DNA of 64,000 nucleotides from Eledone cirrhosa (lineage: Eukaryota): assembly GCA_964016885.1 (NCBI GenBank), contig OZ024741.1:298344001-298408000 (forward strand). The letters run 5' to 3'. Position 1 is the stretch's first letter, and every line of letters starts with the position of its first letter. This document shows positions 1 through 16,083 of the stretch, piece after piece. The notes under the pieces were generated by a model, which worked only from the letters and a program-made list of their open reading frames with translations, did no database searches and had not been told where the DNA came from. Position numbers and translations under genes: made by a program.

Positions 1-58
1 ATATATATATATATATATATACACATATATATATATATATATATATACATACATAAAC

Positions 59-89
<31 letters not shown>

Positions 90-378
90 CATACATATAT
101 ACATATATATATACATATATATATATACATATATATATATACATACATATACACATATATATACATATATATACATATATATATACATATATATACATAC
201 ATATATACACATATATACATACATATATACACACATATACACACATATATACACACATATATATATATACATATATATACATATATATATACATATATAT
301 ATATATACACACACATATATATACATATACATATACATATATATATACATATACATACATACATACATATATATACAT

Positions 379-473
<95 letters not shown>

Positions 474-565
474 TATATATATATACACATATATACATAT
501 ACATATACATATACATATATATATATATACATATATACATATACATATATATATATATATACATA
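1..565. repeat. (AT)n/(AC)n compound microsatellite
   Basis: Almost pure AT/ACAT/AC repeats. Many similar tracts occur throughout the window, e.g. 9100-9600, 29200-30070 and 32400-34800. Confidence 0.98.
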
Positions 566-699
566 TGGTGACTGCCAACTCGTTTTCGAGTACGGCCACT
601 ACCTTACATCCATGTAGAAGAACCCTACTGATGCGCTGAACAAGTGTGACTTTTTAGTCCAGCCAGCGACTTGAAAACTCTGGTACAAACACTACACCT

Positions 700-1148
700 G
701 TGACAATTATTGACACATAGTGCTGGGCCCATGGTACCATGTGACGACAAGTGCAGAGAGATCTCCAGATATAAAGCAATGCCTGTGCCGTGAAGCTTTT
801 ATAGTGAGCAAAGGCACTGCACAAAGCCAGTCCCACTCTCTTAACCAAGATGATATTTACCAAAAAGAAGAACAAGTCAACATCATTGGACACCATCAGG
901 GTTGCAGGTGTTATATCAGAGTATTCCTTCTCCTAGAATTCTGCCTTGACAAAGGCTAAGGGGTCATCTCTCCCGGTGATTTTGGATGGCCATTGACTCT
1001 TAAGAGCTCCTTTGCCCTTTGACAGGTTTTGTTTTTAGTCCTGCAGGATGTCCAAAGTCACCCTCCTCACCAAGAAACTTTGGTGGGGTTGCCAGTTTAG
1101 TCACCAACGACCCGACCATGAGACAGGTTGTACTGGGATACACGTTAC
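700..1148 (-). mobile_element. Dispersed repeat, probable structured 5' leader of an RTE-like LINE
   Basis: Homologous to 11630-12000 and 23212-23350 (shared ggatggccattgactct, ctcaccaag..cttggtggggttgcc). The RTE assignment is inference. Confidence 0.5.
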
Positions 1149-1711
1149 ATACACACATACCTACATATATACATACATACACACATACATACCTACATAT
1201 ATACATACATACCTACACATACCTACCTACATACATACATACATACACATAACTACATATATACATACATACCTACATACACGCCTACATATATATACAT
1301 ACCTACCTACACACATACATACATACACAGACAAAAAGGTGCAAACTGTTTAAATTCCAGTTCACCCACACCACCTCAACCCACCCCATCACCCCCATTC
1401 TAGACCTCCAATAACATTTCAATATTTCAACTTCTCTTTGGAGGTGGAAGGTTGCTCCAGCTCGGTCTCATACTCTCTTGTCACTTTTGGACGTCTTTTG
1501 GACATTTTCTTTGTTTTTCCTTTGTGATGTTATGCTGATAACGATGATGGTGCTTGCTTCCGTTTCTTATCTTTCCCGCCTTACATACATATATTTATAA
1601 ATGCACACACACACATATATATATATGCATATATATATATATATGTGTGTGCATATATATATGTATATATATATGTATATATATATATATATGTATATAT
1701 ATATGTATATA

Positions 1712-1742
<31 letters not shown>

Positions 1743-1861
1743 TAATAAGAGGAATTCCAACTTTGTCTGATTTACTCGTTTTATTTACAATCCTTTAAAA
1801 TATATATAATATGGTATTATAATGAAATAGTATGATAGAATATTAAATTCTAAGTGTTAAT

Positions 1862-1900
1862 TGAACAAGTACTTTCATGCTTTCGCAATCTTCAGGTTCA
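1862..1900 (-). ncRNA. Minimal type I hammerhead ribozyme
   Basis: The minus strand reads tgaac CTGAAGA ttgc-gaaa-gcat GAAA gtac TT gttca. It has a 5-bp stem I, a canonical core, a GNRA-capped stem II, palindromic stem III GTAC and a CUU site. Confidence 0.85.
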
Positions 1901-2150
1901 TGATATGTGGTGACAGTCGAGTTTGCAATTTTCAACTTTCAATTTTAAAGGTTAAACAAGGTTCAATGAATAAATCAATATATATATATATATATATATA
2001 TAGATTTTGAGTTTATGTTGGTTGTATACCAACACCTCAGTATGCAGGCTGGAGCACTCGACGAAGTGCGCAGGTTGGTTTGGTTACTCCGGAGTAGTGT
2101 AAAATAAAGTTAAATAAAAGTCAAATGATTAAAATTTAGCTTCGTTTATT

Positions 2151-2205
2151 ACTGCTATATATATTTCAGTGACAGCCATCTTTGGCTGTGACCTCTTCAG
2201 GCAGT
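2151..2205 (-). ncRNA. Type I hammerhead ribozyme (family A, left arm)
   Basis: Exact reverse complement of the motif at 2392-2446. Confidence 0.85.
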
Positions 2206-2391
2206 TTGAATTAGTATGGTATAGACAAGTACATATGTTGTTTAGGTGTATGATATTGTCAATACTCTGATATGCCCAGTTCCTTGTTGGGTTGTGAATT
2301 AACAACCCAACAAGGAACTGGGCATATCAGAGTATTGACAATATCATACACCTAAACAACATATGTACTTGTCTATACCATACTAATTCAA

Positions 2392-2446
2392 ACTGCCTGA
2401 AGAGGTCACAGCCAAAGATGGCTGTCACTGAAATATATATAGCAGT
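2392..2446 (+). ncRNA. Type I hammerhead ribozyme (family A, right arm)
   Basis: actgc CTGAAGA ggtcacagcc aaagat ggctgtcact GAAA tatata TA gcagt, with palindromic stem III TATATA. Confidence 0.85.
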
Positions 2447-2489
2447 AATAAACGAAGCTAAATTTTAATCATTTGACTTTTATTTAACT

Positions 2490-2527
<38 letters not shown>

Positions 2528-2539
2528 ATATATATATAT

Positions 2540-2599
<60 letters not shown>

Positions 2600-2630
2600 A
2601 TTTATTCATTGAACCTTGTTTAACCTTTAA

Positions 2631-2724
<94 letters not shown>

Positions 2725-2736
2725 ATATATATATAT

Positions 2737-2778
<42 letters not shown>

Positions 2779-2809
2779 ATTTATTCATTGAACCTTGTTT
2801 AACCTTTAA

Positions 2810-2886
<77 letters not shown>

Positions 2887-3656
2887 TAAGTCCAAAGAAT
2901 CTTAGATAAAATATATACAGTATTTTCTCTCGCAATCAGTATAAGTGAACCACACAAAAATTCATTTAAACGAGGCTATAAGTTTAAAATGTACTTATGA
3001 AGAAATAATAGATAAATGATATAGATTCTTTTCGTGACGTACAGCTACAAAATATTTACCTAATATTCCTACTAGCCTGTAGAAATTGACTGGACAAAAT
3101 CAAATTTGGAAGGAAAAATGTACATAAACGTTACCAAAATCTTCATAATCACTACCACTCGGCAGTTTGTTTCACTTTTTGGATATAACCGGTCTTGGAT
3201 AAATCAACGAGGCTTGGAACTCATCAGGAGATAACTCAACAGGACTAAGATTTTTCTATCATGATCCCCGCCAGAAATGAATTCAAATGGCTAAGAATCA
3301 TCACGTGGCCAGTGATCAAGGCAGAAAGTTTGTGATTAGTGCCTGTCGGCGAGTAGGCTGGTTGCTAGAAAGCGCAGTCAAATACTGCCTAAAGTTTTAC
3401 TCAACCTTAGTATATATTAAATTTAAAGGGTATATATATATATACATTAAACAAAGTCATAGATACAAATAATATACACACACACACACACACACACTCC
3501 ACACATATATATTAGAAAGTGAGGGTTTTTTTACAAAAATGAAAAATAACCGAGGTGTCCTACACGAGTGAAAGTATAAAGAAAAAAAGATGAAATCGAA
3601 AATGCAACTGGAGTCTTATTTAAAAAAAAAAAAATATATATATATTTATTTGCTTC

Positions 3657-3692
3657 CTTTACCGGTTTCGCAGTTCTTCTGCTTTTCAAAAG
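3657..3692 (-). ncRNA. Minimal hammerhead, U3-A8 core variant (family H)
   Basis: Minus strand: ctt TTGAAAA gcag aagaa ctgc GAAA ccgg TA aag. Its homologue is at 28126-28161. Stem I is short. Confidence 0.7.
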
Positions 3693-3721
3693 TAGAGTTG
3701 AGATGGAGGGTCTGTGGTTTT

Positions 3722-3795
<74 letters not shown>

Positions 3796-3814
3796 ACACA
3801 CACACACACACACA

Positions 3815-3888
<74 letters not shown>

Positions 3889-3964
3889 CACATATATATA
3901 TATATACATATGTACATATATATACATACAGATATGTGTACACATACATATATACATACATATG

Positions 3965-4013
<49 letters not shown>

Positions 4014-4414
4014 GTGTATATATATAAATAAATAAATATATATATATATATATATATGTAAATATCTTTAAGTCGTTTGGAAGCCTCGACAATGCAAATG
4101 GGTAAATCTCCGGGTAACAAGGTCCGGTGGTGGAGAGAGAGAGAGATGTAAGTGGGTCTACGTTGAGATGCGTGGTGTGTATAAGATGTGTGAGATGTGT
4201 AGAATGAAGGGAAGAGTATAAAGGATAAAAATAAAAATAACAACACAAGAGAGAGTTACCTTGGGAGAGATTTAATAGTCCCTATATATTTCGGATTCAC
4301 ATCCATCAACTGGGGTTTTTTTCCGGGGTGGGGGAAAAGGTTGTCTGTCGGACAAGTCCGGAACACGTCTTTCGCTGTTTGTTGATTTGAATTGAAGATA
4401 TTCATATATATATA

Positions 4415-4600
4415 TTGTTTCTACGTTTGGCTGGCACAAGGCCAGAAATTACCCAGAGCATTACTGGTACTTTATTTTATCGACCCCGTAAGGATGAAAG
4501 GCAAAGTTAACCTCGGCGAGATTTGAACTCAGAATGGCAAGGGCCGTAACTCTATACGTCAAAGCATAGCGTCCGACCCTCTACCGATACTGTCAATCCA
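4415..4600 (-). mobile_element. tRNA-derived SINE with Nin-like central domain
   Basis: Minus strand carries the B-box-like gagttcaaatct, then cgccgaggttaactttgcctttcatccttacggggtcgataaaataaagtaccagt. At least seven copies occur in the window. Confidence 0.85.
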
Positions 4601-4614
4601 TATATATATATATA

Positions 4615-4761
<147 letters not shown>

Positions 4762-4889
4762 TCTCTCTCTATATATATAGGGTATATATATATATTCAAG
4801 AAAGAAGAGTGACATGGTTCGCTATACAATAAGGGATTTATTCACATTGACAATTTTTTCTTTGATCTGGTAGGTCTAGAGTTCGCTAC

Positions 4890-7761
<2,872 letters not shown>

Positions 7762-7785
7762 GCACACACACACACACACACACAC

Positions 7786-8779
7786 AAACAACATAGATAA
7801 TAACATACAATTCACAATGGAATCCAATCCCAAGGAATTAGCCTTCTTGGATATTCTCATCTCTGTAATAGACGGGAAATTAAATACAGATATATTCTAT
7901 AAACCCACAGATTCCAAGCAATACCTCTTTTTCACATCAAGTCACCCAAAACATACAAAACTTAACATTCCTTACAATTTGGCCAAACGTATATGTACCA
8001 TAGTATCAGATCCACCTAAACGGGAGCAAAGACTAAAGGAACTAAAAGACACCCTTATCTTAAGAGCCTTTCCACTTGAAATAATCAACAATGGAATAGA
8101 CAGGGCAAAACACCCAAATCCCCATCAACTTAACAATCCAAAACAGAGAACCACACTCAACACCCTGCCATATGTATCCACTTTCAACCCCAGAAATACC
8201 GAAATGTTTGATCACCTACACAAAAACCTCCCCATCCTACTTAAAGATGTAAAAATGAAGTCCATTCTTGAAACACACAAGATCCTTAAAAGTAAAAGAC
8301 AACCCAAATCACTAAAACGCATTCTCACTGGACCAAATATACCCAAACCAATCCTCAACCCTACAGTTACCAAATGTGGTAGAACAAACTGTGGAACGTG
8401 CCTCTACCTCACTGAAGGACAAACATTTACATTCAAAGATGGCCAAACATTTACAGTAAAAAACAATTTCACCTGCAACTCGGAGAACTTGATTTACGCA
8501 ATAACTTGCGGTGGGTGCAAACACAACTACATAGGACAGACGGGCACCTCATTACGCAAAAGAATGACCATCCACCGCCAACAAATCCGGGACGCTAACA
8601 CAAGAAAAATCCCCTTGAGCAGCCATATTGCGAACTGCGCAGGAATGACACTACCCAACTTTAAAATCTTCCCCTTCTACAAGTGCTCAGATTCGTTCAC
8701 ACAGCAACAAAGAATAAACAAAGAAAATCTATTCCTTAACAAATTTAAACCAAAACTAAACGGGTTATCACCCCAATAG
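7786..8779 (+). CDS. C-terminal part of a second PLE protein (RT thumb plus GIY-YIG endonuclease), 5'-truncated
   Basis: Open frame with IQFTME, LAFLDILI, FYKPTDSKQYL, CGRTNCGTC and NLIYAITC..C...YIGQTGTSLRKRM..H. The N-terminus of the 7610 ORF is (CT)n/(CA)n and is not real. Confidence 0.88.
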
Positions 8780-9303
8780 AATTGTCATAAAATATAAACA
8801 CACATACGCACGGAGTGACAGATATATGTGTTTGTATGTGTGCATGTATATAATTATCACTACTATTAAAGACCAGAGACCAATTCTGTAGAATCAGGTT
8901 TATTCGTTGACAGACCATGCCTTTGTGTGACCAACACATCCATGTTAAACCCTGCACGTGCACACACATATATCTATATATATATGCGCACACAGAATTC
9001 ACCACTGTCGGTTGCGGGGCCCAATCTAATGAAGAACTCAATGTGATCAGAATGACTTGTATTTTAATTTCACTGTCCTAACTTCTTATATTATGGAAAA
9101 AAATATATGTGTATGTATGTATATATATATATATATTTGGAGGCCATTTCTCTGTGTGTGGGTGTATGTATGTGTATATGTGTGTGTGTATGTGTGTGCA
9201 TGTGGATGTATGTATTGTGTGTGCGTGTGTGTGTGTGTGTATATATATGTGTGTGTATGTGTATATATGTGTGTGTGTGTGTATATATATGTGTGTGTAT
9301 GTG

Positions 9304-9334
<31 letters not shown>

Positions 9335-9349
9335 TTGTATGTGTGTATG

Positions 9350-9388
<39 letters not shown>

Positions 9389-9519
9389 GTGTATCTGGAT
9401 GTATGTGTATGTATATATATGTGTGTGTGTATGTATATATATATGTGTGTGTATGTGTATATATGTGTGTGTGTGTGTATGTGTGTATGTATATGTATGT
9501 TTGTGTGTATGTATGTGTG

Positions 9520-9566
<47 letters not shown>

Positions 9567-10079
9567 GTGTATGTATATGTATATGTATGTATGTGTGGAT
9601 GAAGGTATGTGTGTATATATAGGTGTAAGTGCACTAAATCCCTTTCTATCACGCTCCCCTCTCCTACCGACCACAGGAAGATATATGTATGTATATTGCT
9701 TCCACCCCCTCACTGACCAGCAGCTGGCCAGCTGGCCATTGCTAAATCTGACCTTTATAAAATAACCCACACCTCCAAATAACTTCTCATTCACTACCAG
9801 AAAGGCACACAGCAGTCAACTTGTTGCTACCAAGATGAAAACTACTATGAAATCCCAAAATGAATTTTATACTTGAATTTTCAAATCTCAAATTTTAACT
9901 CTTCGTATTATTAATTTTTCTTAATATTAATCAACATTTGAAAAGATGGCTTTTGCAGACCCATCGAAACCGGTCATTTTTTATACCCTTTATTATTTCC
10001 TTACCTTATAAAATTATATGTTTTTTCACAAAAAAGTATTCTGTCTCTTATATATTCCATGTGCCATTACCAACCTCAA

Positions 10080-10195
<116 letters not shown>

Positions 10196-11264
10196 GGGTC
10201 CTGAATGTTTTCATATATATATATATATATAATTATATAATGTATGTCGTTTCCGGACACAAAATTCATGTTTCTGGCAACAGTGATTCTTAAAAATATA
10301 TAAACCCTCTTCAGTAGATAAGAAAGAAAGTCGTAAAATAATTTGTTTGTTATATATATATCGAAAATTAAAAAAACAAAACAAGACAAACAAAAACGTT
10401 CAAATTACTCACGAGTAGTTAGCGAAATCAGCATTAAAAATGTTTTAAAAGAGTTTCTTCAGCAAATTCTCCTGCTGAGTGACGCAAAGCATTGTTGTAA
10501 TTTCAAGTCTTTGAGAATTTGCACATCACTGGATTTGTAAAACAATATTTCGTGTGTGCTCACTTTGGCTCTTCGATTATCTAAGAGTTTTAAAATGTTA
10601 AATTACGATCTAAATTACAGCAAAATATTTGGGATTCTGGTGACATTCCTCTCTTGTTCCAGAAGATTGGATATTCTTTGTTTCACATATGGAATACAGA
10701 AACTTGTGTCTACACATGATTTGCAATTAAAGGATTGTCCATATATTGAAGCAGTGTTCAGGGTTGTTTCGATGTTGTTAAAAACCTCCTCTGGCACAAT
10801 ATGCATAAATCGGCATAAGCAAAACTTTAAAATCCCCAACTGGCTGAACATTTGTGTAGATGTTAAAAATCCGTAGAACCTCGTAATTCTCTCGAAGTAG
10901 ACAGAGTTTTAATTATGGTGGGTGAATCTCAGTAATTATTTTAACATATTGTTGACCTCGGCCGCCTGTATAATTCTAAATCTAATTATGTGCAGTAAGT
11001 TTGCATTTTGTGTCAAATACTACATGTGTTTACAGGATAAATGATGGTTAAATGGGTGAAAACACTTATAAAATATTAAAAATAGCCATTACAAATGATG
11101 CTCAGACTCAAAGAATATCAAGCACTGGATCATGGCTCACATCTTAAAGGTGTATGCAGTTCAAAAATTTCCTTATAAATTGTGGCGATTTATTGCTATT
11201 TGACACCACGAAGAATAGTCAATTAATAAAACATTAATTAATCCTTAATATTATGTCTTTTCAG

Positions 11265-11374
11265 AAAAATATAAGCCATTAGTGGATTTAAATACAGCTC
11301 AGTTTAAATTACGCACAACTGCTGCTTTAATTGATATAATGAAGATATCTCCGCTGAGAATCCAGAATCTGCAG
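11265..11374 (+). CDS. Host gene internal exon (membrane protein, exon a)
   Basis: Acceptor cttttcag and donor CAG/gtattt. The 110 nt read KYKPLVDLNTAQFKLRTTAALIDIMKISPLRIQNLQ and end in phase 0. Confidence 0.7.
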
Positions 11375-11629
11375 GTATTTTACTTCAAGTTTTCATTATA
11401 TATACTGTATCATGTTAGAACTATTGACTGTTACTTTTACAATTATTCTAATATCATTTAAATTTATTTCTCTATATATTATTAGGTACGGTAATAAAGG
11501 CTTTCACTACATATATACATACATACATAAATACATACATATATAAATACATACATGATGGCTGCAAACTCTGCTAAGAGTACTGCAATCGCTTTTCAGG
11601 TTATAGAGTTTGGTGCAATTTTAGGCTAT

Positions 11630-12216
11630 GGCCAGTGACACAAACTTGTAACAGACCCTGAACAAGCAATGCCTGTGCTTTGAAGGTTTTTTTAAGTGGG
11701 GAAAGGCCTTGCACTCGACCAATCCCACTCTCTGAGCATTGCAAACACTACCCAAAAAGGAGAACTGGTCAACATCATCGGATGCTTCCAAAGCCGCAGG
11801 TTTTTTTTCAGAGTTTTCCTCTCTTAGAAAGGTGTTGTGACAACAACTGGGGGCCTTTCACTCCCAGGTTAAAAAAAAGTATTATTTGGATGGCCATTGA
11901 CTCTGTTGAGTTCCTCCGCCCTTTGCCGGGTCTTGTATATCATCCAGCAGGGTGTCCAAATATCACCCACCTCATCAAGCTAGCTTGGTGGGGTTGCCGG
12001 TTTCCTTCTCCACGCCACCGATGTTGTCCAAGGGAAAGGTAATGGCCGATAGAGCTTGGCACCAGTGACGTCGCAACTCATTTATACAGCCGAGTGAATC
12101 GGAGCAACGTGGAACAAAGTGCATTTCTCAAGAACGCAACGCACCACCCGGTCTGCGATTCTAACTCGCAACGTCACGATTGTGAGCTCAATGCTCTACC
12201 CACCAAGCCACGCGCA
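11630..12216 (-). mobile_element. Chimeric SINE: tRNA-derived head and conserved central domain fused to the RTE-leader-like repeat
   Basis: The head at 12060-12216 resembles the SINE at 59280-59595. The body at 11630-12000 matches 700-1095. Confidence 0.7.
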
Positions 12217-12264
12217 ATCACATACATGCATAGATAGATAGATAGATAGATGGATGGATAGATA

Positions 12265-13221
12265 TATTTCTTTATTAGCCACAGGGGCACAAAAGAAGGG
12301 GACAAATACAAAGGGGGAAGTTTACATACAATAAAAACGTGTAAAATGTTATCACAGATGGAATTTAAAAGTTAGTCGATTTTCCCCAATAGAGGGAGAC
12401 AGTTTATATGGGTAACACATACCCCCGAAAAAATGTGCAACCCTCATCTCCAGGAGTACGAAGAGCTTGTACTCCTTTCCTCTCCTCCTCCTTTTCCTCA
12501 ATCTACAGGCTGATATAGAGAGAAGGCCCATTCACTCGGGCCATTCTCGCCACTTTCACCCACCTTTCATAAAACTTGCTGCGGTACAGCACCTCTCTCT
12601 CCATCCTGATTCTTCTTCCAAAGTGGTATTTGAAAAAAAAGAATCAGTTGTTGGCCGGAGAGAAAGGTGTCTGACCTCAGCCCTTTCAACCTTGTCCACC
12701 ATACAACCTCTTTCGCCATAGCTATCACACAAAGGAAAACCGCCTCTCCTTCGTTTTTGAAGGAGGGTGGCGGTTTGATCATGACAATGGACTCGGTGGT
12801 CAACTGGATTGGTCCCACCCGCGACAATAGTCGTTCTACATATCCCCACAGGTCAGTGACGCCCGGGCAGTGTATGAATGCGTGCGCGACGGTTTCTTCG
12901 TCTCGCACGCACCTCGGACAGATCTTTTTTGCAGGGTCCCTGCCCGGGCGCCCATGTCTGTAGAGCTTGTCTCGAACTGGTAGAGCTCCTCGGTAGCACT
13001 GCCAGGCCAGGGACTTTTGGAAGTTGTCCATCGGTCCCGGGCGGAAGGTCCTACCGAACAGACTGGCCAGTTCATCTTCCTCCACGCCTAGAGTTTCACC
13101 GAGCGCGTCGTCGCACTTGCTGCGGACCAACCCTCTATAGAATGACGAAGTGGAGTCTCCACTGATCGCCGGGTCCGCCTGCCAGAGGGCTGTGAGCGCC
13201 TGAGCACATTCGATGTGCCAA
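12265..13221 (-). mobile_element. 3' end of a Tx1/L1-clade LINE with (TATC)n tail
   Basis: The ORF has WQCYRGALPV and CPRC...ETVAHAFIHC (zf-RVT-like). Its first 40 or so codons match 63882-64000. GATA repeats lie at 12230-12262. Confidence 0.9.
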
Positions 13222-13375
13222 GATAGATACATACATACATACATATACAAACTACAGTTCGTTTTGGAATAAAAAAGGTTTTCAACGTTTCCAGGCCCTC
13301 ACGGTCGCAACATCAGGAGTATTGGTTTATTTTTACTGCCACTGTTATTATAGGCAAATGTATTTTATGAAGTTA

Positions 13376-13561
13376 TTTCGTCTTAATTTGCATTTCCTCT
13401 TAATTTGCATTTCCTCTTAATTTGCATTTCGTCTTAATTTGCATTTCGTCTTAATTTGCATTTCGTCTTAATTTGCATTTCGTCTTAATTTGCATTTCGT
13501 CTTAATTTGCATTTCGTCTTAATTTGCATTTCCTCTTAATTTGCATTTCGCCTTAATTTGC
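13376..13561. repeat. 17-bp minisatellite (tcttaatttgcatttcS), about 10.5 copies
   Basis: Directly visible. Each unit contains ATTTGCAT. Confidence 0.95.
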
Positions 13562-14259
13562 CATCATTCCATGGTTTTACATACCAGAATTTGACTCTTA
13601 AACTTCACCGTCAGACTCACACATTGCATGATACGTGTCCATGACCTGTGTATGTTGTTTGTGGGATCAGTATCATACTAGCAGAGGCGTATGGAAAGCA
13701 TGACACGTGTCATGGGCGCCACTTGAATAGGAGCGCTACCTGGACTAGGAGCACTGTTTCATTAAAGTCAGATAAACAACCGCCTGATAGTGAAAAAAGA
13801 AACTTCTTCAGCTGTATGATCTGTCTTTGATTATCATGGGTGAGAAACAATATGGTGGCTGGATCATTAAACCATTTATATAAATTATTAGGAACATAAA
13901 GAAAAATACAGTGCTGGGAATTACATGATCAAAGAGGCATACCTCATAGTGAAATATTTTAATAGGGTTTTAATATTTGTCAAAGATCAGTATTACACAG
14001 ATCACTCCCTAACTAAATACACTAACACTTTTGCCAATACTTTACGTATACTTATGCGTAAATGATACCTGTAGAACAAATGAAAATGCAGTTTATTACC
14101 CTAAACCCTCATTTATTTAAATTGCACTGTCAATGCCATTGTCTAACAGCTACTATATAGCTTGCCGTATGGGCACAATTTCAATGTTTGCCATAGGCAC
14201 TATTTTCCCTTGTTACACCTCTGCATACTAGACATTTATCTTGGTGCTAAACTGCGATA

Positions 14260-14465
14260 TAAGTACCGCTTCCATGACTTTTTTTAAAATTCAAGTTTCC
14301 ATAAAATACACACGTATAGTCCGTTAATGTTCTTCTAATTTTATTTTTTGGGAGTATATTGTATCGTCTTGCAATTGTTCGTTATTGTAAATGGATGGTA
14401 AGCCTTCGAGAGAGTGTTGTATTTGTTTGGTCAATATAACAATTAGTTTCATGAAGTATACAATT
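14260..14465 (-). mobile_element. Degenerate GIY-YIG (PLE) fragment
   Basis: Minus-strand translation gives CYIDQTNTTLSRRLTIHLQ. Confidence 0.55.
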
Positions 14466-14477
14466 TAACATTTGCTT

Positions 14478-15045
14478 TCTTCTTCTTCTTCTTCTTCTTC
14501 TTCTTCTTCTTCTTCTTCTTCTTCTTCTTCTTCTTCTTCTTCTTCTTCTTCTTCTTCTTGAGAGGGCCGTGAGTGCAGATTCCTTATTCCGCAATCACAC
14601 CTTCCAACGGGTCCTGTCAGAAGCAACCATTTCCAACTGATCCGGCTGGATCCCCAAGTGAGACCAGCTGAGCTCATGGATGTTATCCAGCCGTCTTGCT
14701 CGGGGTCTACCACTGGGTCTCCTGACGATTGGCTTTTTCCCATAAAATTTGTCCAGTGATTCTTTCCATAGTATCGGAGCTGTGATCTCTCAATTCGGAG
14801 AAGTAGCGGCTCTACCTGGAGTGACTCTCTGATCATTGAACTACGCACTATATCGAGTAACGTTACTCGAAAGACCCTTTGGAAGAACTTCATTTCGGCC
14901 GTTTGTATTCGCGATCGTATTCTTTCAGTTATTACAACAAGATTTACAACCCCAAGATACTTTAATTTCTCCAACTGCTTCAGTGGAACTTCATTCACAT
15001 GTAGAGTGCACAGCACAGGCTTTTTTGAGAGGACGTGTGTCTTAG
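14478..15045 (-). mobile_element. 3' fragment of an RTE/Expander-type LINE with (GAA)n tail
   Basis: KLKYLGV...RIQTAEMKFFQRVFRVTLLDIVRSSMIRESLQVEPLLLRIERSQLRYYG. Confidence 0.85.
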
Positions 15046-15918
15046 TCTTCGGAACATTGATTTTAATTTAAAGCACCAGCATAGTTAAACATGGAATGTT
15101 CAGCCACTTGCACGTTAAGCCCACTTGTAGGCATTTACATTGATTAAACAACTAGAACTATTGTCTTTGCAACCTACGGAGGTCCAGCACACCACAGCAC
15201 GTTCATATTCCTAACTCAATGTCAAAAGTATTTTATATATTAATTATTATGTTAAAATAGTTTTTATTTTATTTTATTATAGTCTTATACAGAAACCATA
15301 ATAGATAATAGCGAGAGAGAGAGAGCGAGAGAGATAGAGCTAGAGAGAGAGAGAGTGAAAGAGAGAGAAAAAGGAGAGAGAGACATTTTGGCTATACACA
15401 AAAAGACACGTATCAGGGCGCACAGAGCTGAGCTCAGTTGTGTTGTAAAAACAAATAATGAAATTAAGCCTAGCAAAACAATATTACTTTATGGCTTCTG
15501 TATATGTATTTAGGTATGCGTGTGAGTGTGCAATTTTATTCATATTCTTTTGCCAAAGCGTATATGATTTAGGAGTTAGTGTGTTCGTTTGACGATCGTA
15601 AAGTCGTGGTTATGATTCACGTGGTTCTGATTGGGCCCTTGAGTATGTCACTTAATTTCATATATTGATAATCATGTTAAAATAGTTTTATTATTATTAT
15701 AATTTTTCCAGAAACCATGATAGATATAGACCTTGTCAACACGATGAATAACTGTGGCTATTTGATCGTTATGCGTAATAGAATCCATTATACATCACTA
15801 TTAATGGTTGCTGACTGTGGAACGGCTTTCAGAATAACATAAGAGTTTATAGTTTGAAAAGTTAATTTGCTTGTATTCTATTTTCTACAAATACATTTTC
15901 ACTTTTTATATGTTACAG

Positions 15919-16083
15919 ATTATTAACGAAATGAAAATCTACAGAATTCAGTTCGATATCACTGAACCAGTAAATTTCAATACAGAAAAAGTTCATCGAA
16001 CCTCTTTACAAACTGCAATTAATCTACTAGCCGATTCAGTAAGGAATAACAATTTCAAAGTTCTAGTAGGATCTAAATTTGAG
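15919..16083 (+). CDS. Host gene internal exon (exon b)
   Basis: Acceptor tgttacag and donor GAG/gtaaaa. It is 165 nt in phase 0-0 and reads IINEMKIYRIQFDITEPVNFNTEKVHRTSLQTAINLLADSVRNNNFKVLVGSKFE. Confidence 0.75.

Larger units (their letters stand above)
2101..2496. repeat. Perfect fold-back palindrome (195-bp arms, 6-nt spacer) of a PLE pLTR-like unit, family A
   Basis: 2101-2295 is the reverse complement of 2302-2496, with spacer gaatta. A related single copy lies at 20774-21060. Confidence 0.95.

Noticed and set aside
3158-3230. Minus-strand CTGATGA...GAAA hammerhead candidate
   Set aside because: Stem II does not pair and the cleavage triplet lacks the U. At best a decayed copy.
10240-10322. 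Minus-strand CTGAAGA...GAAA candidate (similar partial motifs at about 4275-4315, 9020-9065, 13280-13320 and 41785-41800)
   Set aside because: I could not close stems I and III, or half of the core is missing, so these were not counted.
11486-11490. Possible 5-nt micro-exon (ag GTACG gtaata)
   Set aside because: It would break the frame between exons a and b, which already join in phase 0.
13376-13561. CRISPR-like regular repeat
   Set aside because: There are no spacers. It is a contiguous 17-bp minisatellite in eukaryotic DNA.
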